From assembly GCA_018376535.1 (NCBI GenBank), contig JAHABC010000001.1, positions 186,066 to 250,065 on the forward strand: a stretch of 64,000 bases of DNA, written 5' to 3'. The position numbers were made by a program, and so were the translations under genes. The DNA is from Ruminococcus sp. GTDB lineage: Bacteria > Bacillota > Clostridia > Oscillospirales > Ruminococcaceae. Below are positions 20,605 through 30,674 of the stretch, one piece after another (positions within the stretch are counted from its first letter, which is position 1; each line of letters begins with the position of its first letter). A model generated the notes under the pieces. The model was not told the DNA's origin, searched no databases, and saw nothing but the letters and a program-made list of their open reading frames with translations.

Positions 20605-21681
20605 TTACAATATAGTTCCTCCACCAAGAACGAACTCCCCTTGATACATAACTACAGCTTGACCTTTTGTGATGGCTCTTTGTGGAGTATCAAAGATTAC
20701 TTTTATCTTTCCATCATCTAATGGATACACTGTCGCTGACTGTTCTACTTGATTATATCTAGTCTTAGCCATAACTTTAAGAGGTTCTGTCAACTTTTCA
20801 ATAGATATAAAGTTTACATTATCAGCAATCAATTCCGATTTAAAGAGTTCTTCATTAGTACCCAAAGTTACGGTATTATCTAAGGAATTTTTATCTATAA
20901 CGAACATAGGTTTACCAAAGGTAACTCCAAGACCCTTTCTTTGACCTATAGTATAGTTTATAATACCTTGATGTTCTCCTAAGATGTTACCTTTAGTATC
21001 TATAAAGTTTCCTTTAGGAGAGGTATATCCTTGTTTGTTTATAAACTCCACATACTTTCCACTAGGAACAAAGCATATATCTTGACTATCGGGTTTTCTA
21101 GCGTTGATTAAGTCGTTATCTTGAGCAATTTGACGAACGGTATCCTTATCATAGTTAGACAGTGGAAACAAAGTTCTAGCCAATTGATACTGCGTTAGAT
21201 TATACAATACATATGTTTGGTCTTTGTGTCTATCTGCTGGACGCTTTAAAAGATATCTACCAGTAGTATCATCTTTTATTATGTGAGCGTAATGTCCAGT
21301 AGCTATATAGTCATATCCAAGAGTTTCAGCACGTCTGAGCATTGCATCAAACTTGATATGTTTATTACATTCAATACAAGGATTAGGAGTTCCACCATGG
21401 ATATAACTATCCACAAAGTTATCCATAACCGATTTTTTAAAGTAATCTTTAAAGTTAAAAACAACGTGTTCAATGCCTATTTTATAGGCGACACGTCTAG
21501 CGTCATCGACATCATCTAAAGAACAACAAGTTCTTTTAGCGTCCTCCGATAGAACTATGTCATCATTGGAGAAAAGTTTTAGAGTAACACCCATGACATC
21601 GTAACCTTGATTTTTTAGCAGTAATGCCGTAACAGAACTATCTACGCCACCAGACATTCCTACCATTACTTTTTTATTCAT
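20605..21681 (-). CDS. mnmA: tRNA-specific 2-thiouridylase MnmA
   Basis: The sequence begins MNKKVMVGMSGGVDSSV (PP-loop) and contains Cys-rich catalytic motifs. The ATG at 21681 has an AGAGGTG RBS. Confidence 0.9.
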   Translation of the reverse strand: MNKKVMVGMSGGVDSSVTALLLKNQGYDVMGVTLKLFSNDDIVLSEDAKRTCCSLDDVDDARRVAYKIGIEHVVFNFKDYFKKSVMDNFVDSYIHGGTPNPCIECNKHIKFDAMLRRAETLGYDYIATGHYAHIIKDDTTGRYLLKRPADRHKDQTYVLYNLTQYQLARTLFPLSNYDKDTVRQIAQDNDLINARKPDSQDICFVPSGKYVEFINKQGYTSPKGNFIDTKGNILGEHQGIINYTIGQRKGLGVTFGKPMFVIDKNSLDNTVTLGTNEELFKSELIADNVNFISIEKLTEPLKVMAKTRYNQVEQSATVYPLDDGKIKVIFDTPQRAITKGQAVVMYQGEFVLGGGTIL

Positions 21682-21693
21682 AATAAGCACCTC

Positions 21694-22380
21694 TTAAAAA
21701 GATTTTTTTACATAGATTAAAAAATCGTTAATAGATTGAAAAGATAAATCACATAGATTTTCAATACTTTGCCAATCGCTATTGTTAGATTTATCCCAAA
21801 TGGCTATCGTAAAAAATCCGTGATTTTTAGCAGTTTCCAAACAATAAAGACTATCTTCAACCACTGCAACACTTTTGGGAGATAGTTTTAAATTTTCAGC
21901 ACATTTGAAAAATATATTTGGGAACTCTTTACCCTTGCCGATTTCCGAACACGTTTCAAGAAATTTAATTCTATTGATTAAATTCAATCTAGTTAAACAT
22001 GAAGTAGCTAAACTTCTATAAGTAGCTGTAGCCACTCCATATGGAATATTTTTACTATCAAGATAGTCTAAAAGGTTAGATACTCCCTCTTTTAATGGAA
22101 TAGTATTCTTATAATTTTCAGCAACAATCTGTTCAATGCGATTTATAATCTGTTGTTGGGATATTTTTAAGTTAAAAGTATCAATAAAGTATCTTGAAGA
22201 TTGCTCAACTGTCATTTTTTTTACTATTTCCGATATGTTATCTGGAGGAGTTACACCATTTTCTGATAAAAATATTCTATCCACATTGTACCATAAAGGC
22301 ATACTATCTATTAGAGTGCCATCTAAGTCGAAGATGTACCCCTTAATATTGGATATATCAAAAATAAAAATCACCACCAT
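21694..22380 (-). CDS. HAD-superfamily hydrolase, beta-phosphoglucomutase-like subfamily
   Basis: FDLDGTLIDS is HAD motif I, and the C-terminal D-rich motif is present. Confidence 0.65.
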   Translation of the reverse strand: MVVIFIFDISNIKGYIFDLDGTLIDSMPLWYNVDRIFLSENGVTPPDNISEIVKKMTVEQSSRYFIDTFNLKISQQQIINRIEQIVAENYKNTIPLKEGVSNLLDYLDSKNIPYGVATATYRSLATSCLTRLNLINRIKFLETCSEIGKGKEFPNIFFKCAENLKLSPKSVAVVEDSLYCLETAKNHGFFTIAIWDKSNNSDWQSIENLCDLSFQSINDFLIYVKKSF

Positions 22381-22484
22381 TTTTAAATAATTATATCATA
22401 TTAGTACGAATAATGCAAACTTTCTTGACTTTTTCCAATCTTTATGTTAATATTTTAGTATATTAAATTAAGAAGGTGTTATTT

Positions 22485-23675
22485 TTGGAAATTTTAAAAA
22501 AAGCAATCTACGGAGTACTAGCCTTAACCTTGATATCTATACCTATTGCAAACCATGGTATATTAGATACTTCTGCTTTGAGTTCTGCAACTATTGGAAT
22601 TGAAAATTTTTCATATAGTGGTAAATGTGGCGAAAATTTAACCTACTCATTCGATACAGATACTAAAACCCTAACTATTAGTGGTACTGGCGATATGTTC
22701 GGTTTTAAACAGTACAACAAACAACCTTGGAACGGCTATCAAAAAGATATTCAAAAGATTGTAATAGAAGATGGTGTTACATCTATAGGTGACCACGCTT
22801 TCTGTTCGTTAGTAAACTTAACAGATATTTCAATTCCTGAAAGTGTTACATCTATAGGTGATATATCTTTTAGTAATATTGGCTTAACAGAAATACATAT
22901 ACCATCAAAAGTAAATGATTTACAACGTTCTATATTTGGTAACAACAAGACTTTAAAGATAATAGTTAGTGAAGATAGTCTATACTATACTACCATTGAT
23001 GACGTTATTTACTCTAAAGATATGTCTGAATTGGTTATATATCCCGATTGGAAAGATGATAAATCTTTTACAGTTCCAAATGGCGTTACTACCCTAAAAG
23101 ATGGCTGTTTCTTTAGCAATGGATATCTACAAGAATTAATCTTATCCGATACCGTTACAGATATTGGAAAATCTAGTATCAGTTTTTGTATAAAACTAAA
23201 GTCTTTAAAACTATCTAGTGGTTTAAAGACTATCCATACTGGAAATTTCGCAAATATGAAAAATTTACAGGTTGTAACCATTCCAGAAGGTGTTACAACT
23301 ATAGAATCTATGAACTTTTTTGGTTGTGACTATCAAATGGTTGTACAGTTGCCAAGCACTCTAACAGATATTAGTGAAAACTGTTTCTATACATCTAAAA
23401 ACGAACACTTTACTTTAGTTGCTCCAAAGGATTCATATGCGTGGAAATACGCCTCCGATAACAACATAAACATAACCGACAGCATGGATAATGTCACTAT
23501 ATATGAATTTGGAGATATAAACGCAGACCAAAATATCGACTATTTAGACGTTCTACTAATGAAAAAGTATCTTTTAGGTATGGATACTACTAAAAACGTT
23601 CTAGCAGATGCTAACAAAGACGGCAAGTACAATATTTTGGATTTATTACAAATAAAATCTACTGCTATTAAATAG
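22485..23675 (+). CDS. Cell-surface leucine-rich-repeat (BspA-type) protein with a C-terminal type-I dockerin
   Basis: There is a signal peptide and repeated LRR_5-like units (IPESVTSIGDISFSN, IPEGVTTIESMNFFG). The C-terminal GDINADQNIDYLDVLLMKKYLLG...ADANKDGKYNILDLLQIK is a duplicated dockerin Ca-binding segment. The start is a TTG at 22485 with an AGAAGGTG RBS. The tabulated GTG at 22476 is too close to the RBS. Confidence 0.7.
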   Translation: MEILKKAIYGVLALTLISIPIANHGILDTSALSSATIGIENFSYSGKCGENLTYSFDTDTKTLTISGTGDMFGFKQYNKQPWNGYQKDIQKIVIEDGVTSIGDHAFCSLVNLTDISIPESVTSIGDISFSNIGLTEIHIPSKVNDLQRSIFGNNKTLKIIVSEDSLYYTTIDDVIYSKDMSELVIYPDWKDDKSFTVPNGVTTLKDGCFFSNGYLQELILSDTVTDIGKSSISFCIKLKSLKLSSGLKTIHTGNFANMKNLQVVTIPEGVTTIESMNFFGCDYQMVVQLPSTLTDISENCFYTSKNEHFTLVAPKDSYAWKYASDNNINITDSMDNVTIYEFGDINADQNIDYLDVLLMKKYLLGMDTTKNVLADANKDGKYNILDLLQIKSTAIK

Positions 23676-23696
23676 TGCAATTCAATATATACCCTA

Positions 23697-23727
23697 TTGG
23701 AACAATGTATATTGTTCCAATTTTTTT
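23697..23727 (+). terminator. Rho-independent terminator after the LRR-dockerin gene
   Basis: The sequence is ttggaacaat-gtat-attgttccaa followed by ttttttt. Confidence 0.65.
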
Positions 23728-23739
23728 ATGTGAAAAAGG

Positions 23740-23768
23740 TTGAAAAAATTCGCTATGTATGATATACT
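23740..23768 (+). promoter_or_regulatory. Sigma-A type promoter for the GT2 gene (TTGAAA-17-TGaTATACT, extended -10)
   Basis: The sequence is ttgaaaaaattcgctatgtatgatatact, about 45 nt upstream of the ATG at 23815. Confidence 0.45.
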
Positions 23769-23814
23769 ATTATTGATTATTACTATCTTTTGAAAGGATT
23801 GATTATTTCTAGCT

Positions 23815-24750
23815 ATGAAATTGATATCGGTAGTAGTGCCTTGCTACAATGAACAAGAAGTTCTACCACTATTCTATGATAAGATTACTGAAATCATGGG
23901 TGGTATGGTTCAAAAGTATGGCATAGATTACGAACTAATGTTCGTAGATGATGGCTCTAAAGATAAGACTTTGGAAAAGTTTAGAGAACTATCACAAAAA
24001 GACAATAGAGTAAGATTTATCTCTTTTTCAAGAAACTTCGGAAAAGAAGCTGGTATGTATGCAGGTTTAAAGAACTCTAAAGGTGACTACGTCGTAGTAT
24101 TAGATGCAGATTTACAACACCCTCCAGAATTTATTCCTAAAATGTACGAATTTGTTAAAGATGGTCAGTTCGATTGTGCTACCACTAGACGTGTTAGTCG
24201 TAAAGGTGAATCTCCTGTACGTTCTTGGTTTGCTAGATTGTTCTACAAAATTATGAATAAAATCTCACAAACTGAAATTGTAGACGGTGCTCAAGATTTC
24301 CGTTTTATGACTCGTCACATGGTCGATAGTATTCTATCTATGTCCGAATATAATAGATTTTCTAAAGGTATATTCTCTTGGGTCGGATTTAAAACTAAAT
24401 ATATAGAGTACGAAAATGTCGAACGTGTAGCAGGAACTACCTCTTGGTCTTTTATGAACCTATTTAAATACTCTTTAGAGGGTATTATGGCATTTTCAAC
24501 ATTTCCGTTATCATTATCCATATTTTTTGGAATACTGTTCTGTATCATATCGCTACTAATGTTGATAATATTCGGTATAGTAGGCTTTGGAACAACTTCA
24601 GGAGTTCTAACGGGAGCTTTCTTTATTGGTGGAATAGTTCTATTATGTATGGGTATAAATGGAATGTATCTAGCAAAAACCTACTTGGAAGTTAAAAACA
24701 GACCTATCTATATAGTTCGTGAAACTGAAAAGGGTGTTGTTGAAAGATAA
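23815..24750 (+). CDS. Family-2 glycosyltransferase, GtrB/CsbB-like polyprenyl-phosphate sugar transferase, with two C-terminal TM helices
   Basis: It has VVVPCYNEQEVLPLF, VDDGSKDKT, and a DAD-like motif in DADLQHPPEF. The C-terminal double TM segment is typical of the bactoprenol glucosyltransferase family. Confidence 0.75.
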   Translation: MKLISVVVPCYNEQEVLPLFYDKITEIMGGMVQKYGIDYELMFVDDGSKDKTLEKFRELSQKDNRVRFISFSRNFGKEAGMYAGLKNSKGDYVVVLDADLQHPPEFIPKMYEFVKDGQFDCATTRRVSRKGESPVRSWFARLFYKIMNKISQTEIVDGAQDFRFMTRHMVDSILSMSEYNRFSKGIFSWVGFKTKYIEYENVERVAGTTSWSFMNLFKYSLEGIMAFSTFPLSLSIFFGILFCIISLLMLIIFGIVGFGTTSGVLTGAFFIGGIVLLCMGINGMYLAKTYLEVKNRPIYIVRETEKGVVER

Positions 24751-24820
24751 TCTTTTTATATACGGAACGTCTAAAGTATAGCGTTCCGTATAATATTGCT
24801 TGGATTGGTGATTTATTTAC

Positions 24821-25900
24821 ATGAGTGTTGATAAGTTAAAAAAATATAAGGTGATATTTTGCTCTATTTTGGGAACTCTAATAGTAGGCTCTCAATTTGG
24901 AGATAGTATGTATATATCTAAACATATGGATAAAACTCATATAACCTACGATATAAATAACAATGAAGTAGTAAACAGTTACTTTAATAACTCTATATTT
25001 TTGGTTAAAACTGCTAGAGGCTACTACGGTATAGTCAATGCTAATGGCAGAGATATTATCGCTCCAGTTTGGAACAGTATAGAAGTTTTATCGGAAAATA
25101 GATTTATAGTCGGTAGAGTTTTAAACAGTGCATCGGTATCGGTAGGCATTTTAGATGACTATGAAAATGTTATCGTGCCAATGTTGTTCAATAGCATATC
25201 ACAAGAAAATGAGTTCTTTAGAGTAGGTACTCTAAATGAAAACGGCAAAAAAATATTCTTTGATGCCTATGGAAACATTCAACTGTATCAAGATTGGGAC
25301 AGCTACGAAATTGATAATAACTCTGCTAAAGTGAAAAAAGACAACATAACTGCCATTATAACTGCTACTGAAGATGGTAAATGTTCATACTCATCAATAT
25401 ACATACCATCTAATATACTAGATAAGGACTTTTCTGTTACCATTAAAAATCCTATTTCAGATGGTACTTCTGTATTAAATGATTATCAAAACATTGTTAA
25501 AAATCTATCCATATATTGTGAGGCCATATTCAATTCCGATACCGATAGCATTAGAAAGATTACCAATGCCAAATATTATAACTCATTAATATCCAATATG
25601 TTGCCTAACTGTAAGTTGAACCATATAAGTAACGTATCGGTGTACGGAAAAAGTAGTCCCGATTTAGATGGTGCAATATTATATACGGCTGAAATTAAAT
25701 TAGCATATATATCCAAAAATTCCATGATTGAAAATCCTAAAACTCAAGAAATGGATACCATTCTACTAAAGTTGAACTTCTTTAGGGACCAAGATGGCTC
25801 TATAATATTGAGTTCTGCTGAAAAAATTCTAACCGATACAGACGATACACCATTTACAGAAACTACTACAAGTTCTTATGATAGTGCAGAATATCAATAG
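24821..25900 (+). CDS. Hypothetical exported or membrane-anchored protein with WG-like repeats
   Basis: 359 aa. The N-terminal hydrophobic segment is VIFCSILGTLIVG. Repeats of the type ARGYYGIVNANGRDIIAPVWNSIE are present. Confidence 0.35.
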   Translation: MSVDKLKKYKVIFCSILGTLIVGSQFGDSMYISKHMDKTHITYDINNNEVVNSYFNNSIFLVKTARGYYGIVNANGRDIIAPVWNSIEVLSENRFIVGRVLNSASVSVGILDDYENVIVPMLFNSISQENEFFRVGTLNENGKKIFFDAYGNIQLYQDWDSYEIDNNSAKVKKDNITAIITATEDGKCSYSSIYIPSNILDKDFSVTIKNPISDGTSVLNDYQNIVKNLSIYCEAIFNSDTDSIRKITNAKYYNSLISNMLPNCKLNHISNVSVYGKSSPDLDGAILYTAEIKLAYISKNSMIENPKTQEMDTILLKLNFFRDQDGSIILSSAEKILTDTDDTPFTETTTSSYDSAEYQ

Positions 25901-25957
25901 GTATACAAAAAGAACGCCTATATTAAGACGTTCTTTTTATAATATACTAATATTTAA

Positions 25958-27163
25958 CTACTTGGATATAATTTCAAGAGTATCTCTAGCAATTAGTAAC
26001 TCCTCATTAGTAGGAACTACCCAAAGTTGAACCTTAGAGTCATCTGTAGAGAACTTACCAAATTCACCATGAGTCATCTTAGCATTTAAATCTCTATCGA
26101 ACTTAATGCCTAAGTTTTCAAGATTTGCTAGTGCCTCTGCTCTAACTTCTGGAGCGTTTTCGCCGATACCACCAGTAAATAGAATAACATCTGCACCGTT
26201 CATAACTGCCATAAATGAACCTATATACTTTTTAATCTCATAAGCTAACATTTCGGAAGTTATTTCTGCTCTATGATTATGTTCATGTCTAGCCTTAGTG
26301 ATATCTCTGTTATCGCTAGATATACCAGAAACACCTATAAATCCTGACTTCTTATTTAGATAGTCACTAGTTTCCTTAGGAGATAGTCCCATCTTTTCTT
26401 GTAGATATGTTACGGCAGAAGCATCGATAGAACCGCATCTAGTACCCATAATTAAGCCATCAAGTGGAGTAAAGCCCATAGTAGTATCTATAGATTTACC
26501 ATCTTCAATAGCTGTAATAGATGAACCATTTCCTAAGTGACAAGATATAATCTTTAAATCCTTAACATCTTTGCCCATAAGTTCAGCTATTTTTTGGGAA
26601 ACAAATCTATGAGAAGTACCGTGGAAACCATACTTTCTAATCTTAAACTTTTCGTAACATTCGTATGGTAGAGCGTACATATAAGCCTTTTCTGGCATAG
26701 TTTGATGGAATGAAGTATCAAATACTACTACTTGAGGTACGTTTGATGGTAAAACACTCTTACAAGCATTTAAAGCTAACACATGAGCATGGTTATGTAC
26801 TGGAGCAAGTTCTGCAAGTTCATCAATTTTAGCGATAACCTCATCAGTAGCTATACAAGTTTTAGTAAAAACTTCAGCACCTTGTACTACTCTATGACCT
26901 ACTGCTAATATTTCGTTCATACTTTCAATAACCTTAGTATCGCCAGTAGTAAGAGCCTTAATTAGTTCATTAAAAGCCTCAGTATGAGTTGGGAAGTCAA
27001 CATCTTTTTCAAGAGTTACACCGTTAGCATTTTTATATGAGATATGTCCATCGATACCAATTCTATCGCAGTTACCCTTTGCGATAACTTTTTCATCGTC
27101 CATATCGATAAGTTGATACTTCAATGAGGAACTTCCTGCATTGATTACTAATATTCTCTTCAT
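25958..27163 (-). CDS. ackA: Acetate kinase
   Basis: 401 aa. It begins MKRILVINAGSSSLKYQL, the ASKHA fold. Confidence 0.95.
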   Translation of the reverse strand: MKRILVINAGSSSLKYQLIDMDDEKVIAKGNCDRIGIDGHISYKNANGVTLEKDVDFPTHTEAFNELIKALTTGDTKVIESMNEILAVGHRVVQGAEVFTKTCIATDEVIAKIDELAELAPVHNHAHVLALNACKSVLPSNVPQVVVFDTSFHQTMPEKAYMYALPYECYEKFKIRKYGFHGTSHRFVSQKIAELMGKDVKDLKIISCHLGNGSSITAIEDGKSIDTTMGFTPLDGLIMGTRCGSIDASAVTYLQEKMGLSPKETSDYLNKKSGFIGVSGISSDNRDITKARHEHNHRAEITSEMLAYEIKKYIGSFMAVMNGADVILFTGGIGENAPEVRAEALANLENLGIKFDRDLNAKMTHGEFGKFSTDDSKVQLWVVPTNEELLIARDTLEIISK

Positions 27164-27268
27164 GTTAATCTAAATCCTTTCATAAATGATTAAATATATA
27201 ATTATAATATTATTATATATCTAATTCAGACAAATTTCAAGCATTTTTTTATTTTAAGGAGCTTTTAT

Positions 27269-28435
27269 ATGAAAATTGGTGGAATTATAGCAGAATACAA
27301 TCCATTTCACAATGGGCATAGATATCAAATAGAACAGTTTAAACTTAAACACAATATAACTCACTTGGTTGTGGTTATGAGTGGTAACTTTGTTCAACGT
27401 GGAGATGTCGCCATTATAGATAAGTTTAAACGCTCTAAGATGGCTATTCAAGGTGGTGCAGATTTAATACTTGAACTTCCTGTATGTTATGCACTATCCA
27501 CGGCAGAATACTTTGCTTTAGGTGGAATATATCTATTAAATTCACTAGGTTGTGTGGATACTCTATCTTTTGGAAGTAGTTCCGATATAGATACTCTAAC
27601 TAAGATATCTAAACTATCCAATGAACTTCGCAACTCTAATGAAGTTCTTGAACTAATGAATAATGGTCTTACGTTTCCAAACGCCTTAGCTAAGGTTGTA
27701 TCTACACTAAGCTATGATTACTCTAATGTACTAGGCGAACCTAACAACGTCCTCGGCTTAGAATACATTCGGGCATTAAACAGATTACATTCTAACATAG
27801 AACCTACTACTCTAGTTAGAAAGAACGTTCAACATAATTCAACTGCTCCTTTGGATAACTTTGCTAGTGCATCTTACATTAGAAACGAAATATTAAAAGG
27901 TTCAAACGTTTCAAGGTTAATGCCCAACTACGATATAATCACTAGTAACGATATCCATAGCATTGAAAATTTAGAAAAAGTTATCTTATATAAGTTAAGA
28001 TGTGCCTCTATTGAGGAACTTCAATCAACTTTTGATGTTTCTCATGGCTTGGAATACAGAATACTTCAAGCTACAAAGAAATCCACAAGTTTAAACGATT
28101 TACTATTTAATATCAAGTCTAAAAGATACACTCTAGCCCGTATTAGAAGAATTATCTTAAACGTTCTGCTAGGCATAACTAAACAAGATATATCTACAAT
28201 GCCCCCATACGCTAGAATATTAGCCATGAATACTAAAGGTACTGAAATTTTATCTATTGCCAAAAAAAGAGCAAGTATCCCAATAGGAACATCTTTGGCA
28301 AAGTTAGAAAAAATATCTATAGAGTGCAAAAAGTTTGCTACTTTAGAAAGTAAATCTACAGATATTTATGAACTATCTAGTAGTAAAAGTATTCCATGTG
28401 GCACGGATTATACTCACAAAATAATTCTTAAGTAA
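27269..28435 (+). CDS. tmcAL: tRNA(Met) cytidine acetate ligase (TmcAL/YlbM, UPF0348 nucleotidyltransferase)
   Basis: 388 aa. The N-terminus MKIGGIIAEYNPFHNGHRYQIEQ is the nucleotidyltransferase HxGH motif typical of the family. Confidence 0.75.
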   Translation: MKIGGIIAEYNPFHNGHRYQIEQFKLKHNITHLVVVMSGNFVQRGDVAIIDKFKRSKMAIQGGADLILELPVCYALSTAEYFALGGIYLLNSLGCVDTLSFGSSSDIDTLTKISKLSNELRNSNEVLELMNNGLTFPNALAKVVSTLSYDYSNVLGEPNNVLGLEYIRALNRLHSNIEPTTLVRKNVQHNSTAPLDNFASASYIRNEILKGSNVSRLMPNYDIITSNDIHSIENLEKVILYKLRCASIEELQSTFDVSHGLEYRILQATKKSTSLNDLLFNIKSKRYTLARIRRIILNVLLGITKQDISTMPPYARILAMNTKGTEILSIAKKRASIPIGTSLAKLEKISIECKKFATLESKSTDIYELSSSKSIPCGTDYTHKIILK

Positions 28436-29001
28436 TTATAATTCATCGAAATATTGACCATTTTCAAACTCTTTATCAGTAAGAGTATGTACTTTTTTAA
28501 TAATAATTTTTGTTTCTTTAAAAGAGTATCTTTCATAATAACAAACGGCTGTTTTTTTGTATCCTGACTTTTTTTGCCACTTCCAAAAAGCAATATCTTC
28601 ATGAGCTGTTTGCCAAGTAATAGCATCTATTTCTTGTTGCCAAAATTCTAATGAATATTCATCATCGGTTGTAGGTTTTGGTGGATAAATTGGTTTAGTT
28701 TTTCGTGGATACAATCTGCAAACTATGTGCAAATCTGGACTATATTTTTTGCCATAATCATTAGGAGTATCATTATCGTGTTTAACAATATCTATCCAGT
28801 AGCCTTTTGTGTTTATTTTTTTTACTACATCACGAATAATATACACTCCTAATGCCTCATTAGAGTGGACATAATCTTTATATCCCTTGTATTTTTTATT
28901 TAATTCTTCTATCACCCTTTTTTTGATATCCTTTTTTGAATCTTTTGGAGATTTTTCAACTTTTTGTGAGTTTTTCTTTTCTTGATTTTTGTTCATATTC
29001 A
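28436..29001 (-). CDS. Lysine-rich hypothetical protein
   Basis: The preferred start is MNMNKNQEKKNSQKVEK, with an AAAGGA RBS. The longer tabulated ORF to 29101 adds a hydrophobic leader with no RBS. The stop codon abuts the tmcAL stop codon. Confidence 0.4.
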
Positions 29002-29355
29002 TAGTAACAAATCCTTTCGTAATTAAAATTAATAAAAAAAGCCAATCAACATTAAAAAACATTAGACAACAACTAATAGTGGATTTTATAATAAAAAACA
29101 CTACATACTAATGTATTTTAATATCGATTGGCTATACATATCCTTATGAATACACATAAAATTAAAATTACTGCTTTTTGCAAATAAACTTGATAGTTTA
29201 TCATAATTTTAATGCAATCATATATTATATTATTATTGTATCATAAAAAAAATAATTTGTCAATACATATTTTAAAAAAATTATAGGTTAAATAAACTCA
29301 TTATATACATAATTCGTTAAAAAGTAAGAAATATTCTTGTTGATTTTCTTAATAA

Positions 29356-29390
29356 AAAAGGAACGTTTTTTTAAAGCGTTCCTTTAATTA
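29356..29390 (-). terminator. Rho-independent terminator after the three-gene membrane-protein operon
   Basis: On the minus strand the sequence reads AAAGGAACG-CTTTAAAAAAA-CGTTCCTTT followed by TTTTATT. Confidence 0.6.
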
Positions 29391-29394
29391 ATAA

Positions 29395-29957
29395 TTAACA
29401 GAAGTATATATCACCATCATATATATACCAATCGCCATTGTACTTTATGACTACTACGGAAAGTTCCTCTGTACTATTACCAGTTTTGCCCTTATACTTC
29501 ATGGATACAGTCAACTTATAACCCTTTTTAATTTTAACTTCCGAACCATCGGTACATAAGGAAGTGGCATCTTTAGAGTACTGACTAAGTTCCTCTTTAG
29601 ATAGCTTAGTTCTATCTAAGACTTTGCAAGTTTCCTTGAAATTTTTTCCATACTTAGAAACATACCCATCATATATATTTTGCATATAGTTATCGCCATT
29701 GTCATAAGCGAAAATCATAAGATTTTCCAGACCATTATCGGTTAAAAAGCTAGGGAACACACTTTTATATAAGTTATAATCTTGTTTAGTAACAGCTTTA
29801 CAATAAGATTTCATAACTCCCTTATAGCCACCATTTGATATGGATATTGGTATAAAAAATATTAAAAATACAAAAACTATCGATACAGCTATAGCACCAA
29901 TATTTAACTTTCTTTTCTTTTTGGATTTTCTACCATGGTTCGATTGTATAGTAGTCA
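29395..29957 (-). CDS. Membrane-anchored exported protein; paralogue of the ectodomain of the upstream gene
   Basis: The start is taken at MTTIQSNHGRKSKKKRK, followed by a TM segment (IGAIAVSIVFVFLIFFIPI) and an ectodomain ending VVVIKYNGDWYIYDGDIYFC. The longer tabulated ORF would overlap the upstream gene. Confidence 0.45.
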
Positions 29958-29987
29958 TAAGAAACTCCCCTCTTTTAATATTTAAGA

Positions 29988-30674
29988 TTATTGTTGAGTA
30001 TCTACAGATGTGTTTATAGGATTGATAATGTTCATAATATACCATGAACCATCAAACTCCATTACAGCGACCATAGTATTCAACTTTTGATTACCTATAG
30101 AACCACTAAAAGTAATCTCTAAGCCAAGCTGATAAGCATCTTGAGCAGGATAATCTTCCATATTATAGTCATCAATATAGTCAAATATTGAAGTTAAGTA
30201 ATCATTTATGGCATCATCATCAAGATGTTGTTTATCCAAAATATTATAGGATACGCTAACATCACTACCATAAGATTTTACAATTTCGTCGCTTAAAAGT
30301 TCCATGTACTCATCAAAACCAGTTTCAGTCAAAGAACCTAAAGTATCTTTAATAACGCCTTGCATAAATTCCGGATAAGATTTCAAAAACTTATTAGGGT
30401 CATCATCAATCATTGCAGATATGTTCATATCTATAGCATCTACATAGGATTTTGCTCCCAACTTATTCTTACTAGTAACTATAGATACTACTACAAGACC
30501 TACTACTAATACTATACATATTATCACTACTAGTATAATAGTAGTCTTTTTTTTGGCTTTTTGACGTTGCTTATTGATTAATATTTCTGCTCCTGCGACG
30601 GCTTTTTCACATTCGGGACATTTTATAGCATTGTCGTCCATTTCAGCACCACAAAATCTACACTGTTTAGCCAA
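29988..30674 (-). CDS. Membrane protein with a zinc ribbon, one TM segment and an ectodomain
   Basis: The N-terminus is MAKQCRFCGAEMDDNAIKCPECEK (CxxC-N10-CxxC). The TM segment is TIILVVIICIVLVVGLVVVSIV. The ectodomain ends AVMEFDGSWYIMNI and is alignable with the downstream paralogue. Confidence 0.5.
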   Translation of the reverse strand: MAKQCRFCGAEMDDNAIKCPECEKAVAGAEILINKQRQKAKKKTTIILVVIICIVLVVGLVVVSIVTSKNKLGAKSYVDAIDMNISAMIDDDPNKFLKSYPEFMQGVIKDTLGSLTETGFDEYMELLSDEIVKSYGSDVSVSYNILDKQHLDDDAINDYLTSIFDYIDDYNMEDYPAQDAYQLGLEITFSGSIGNQKLNTMVAVMEFDGSWYIMNIINPINTSVDTQQ

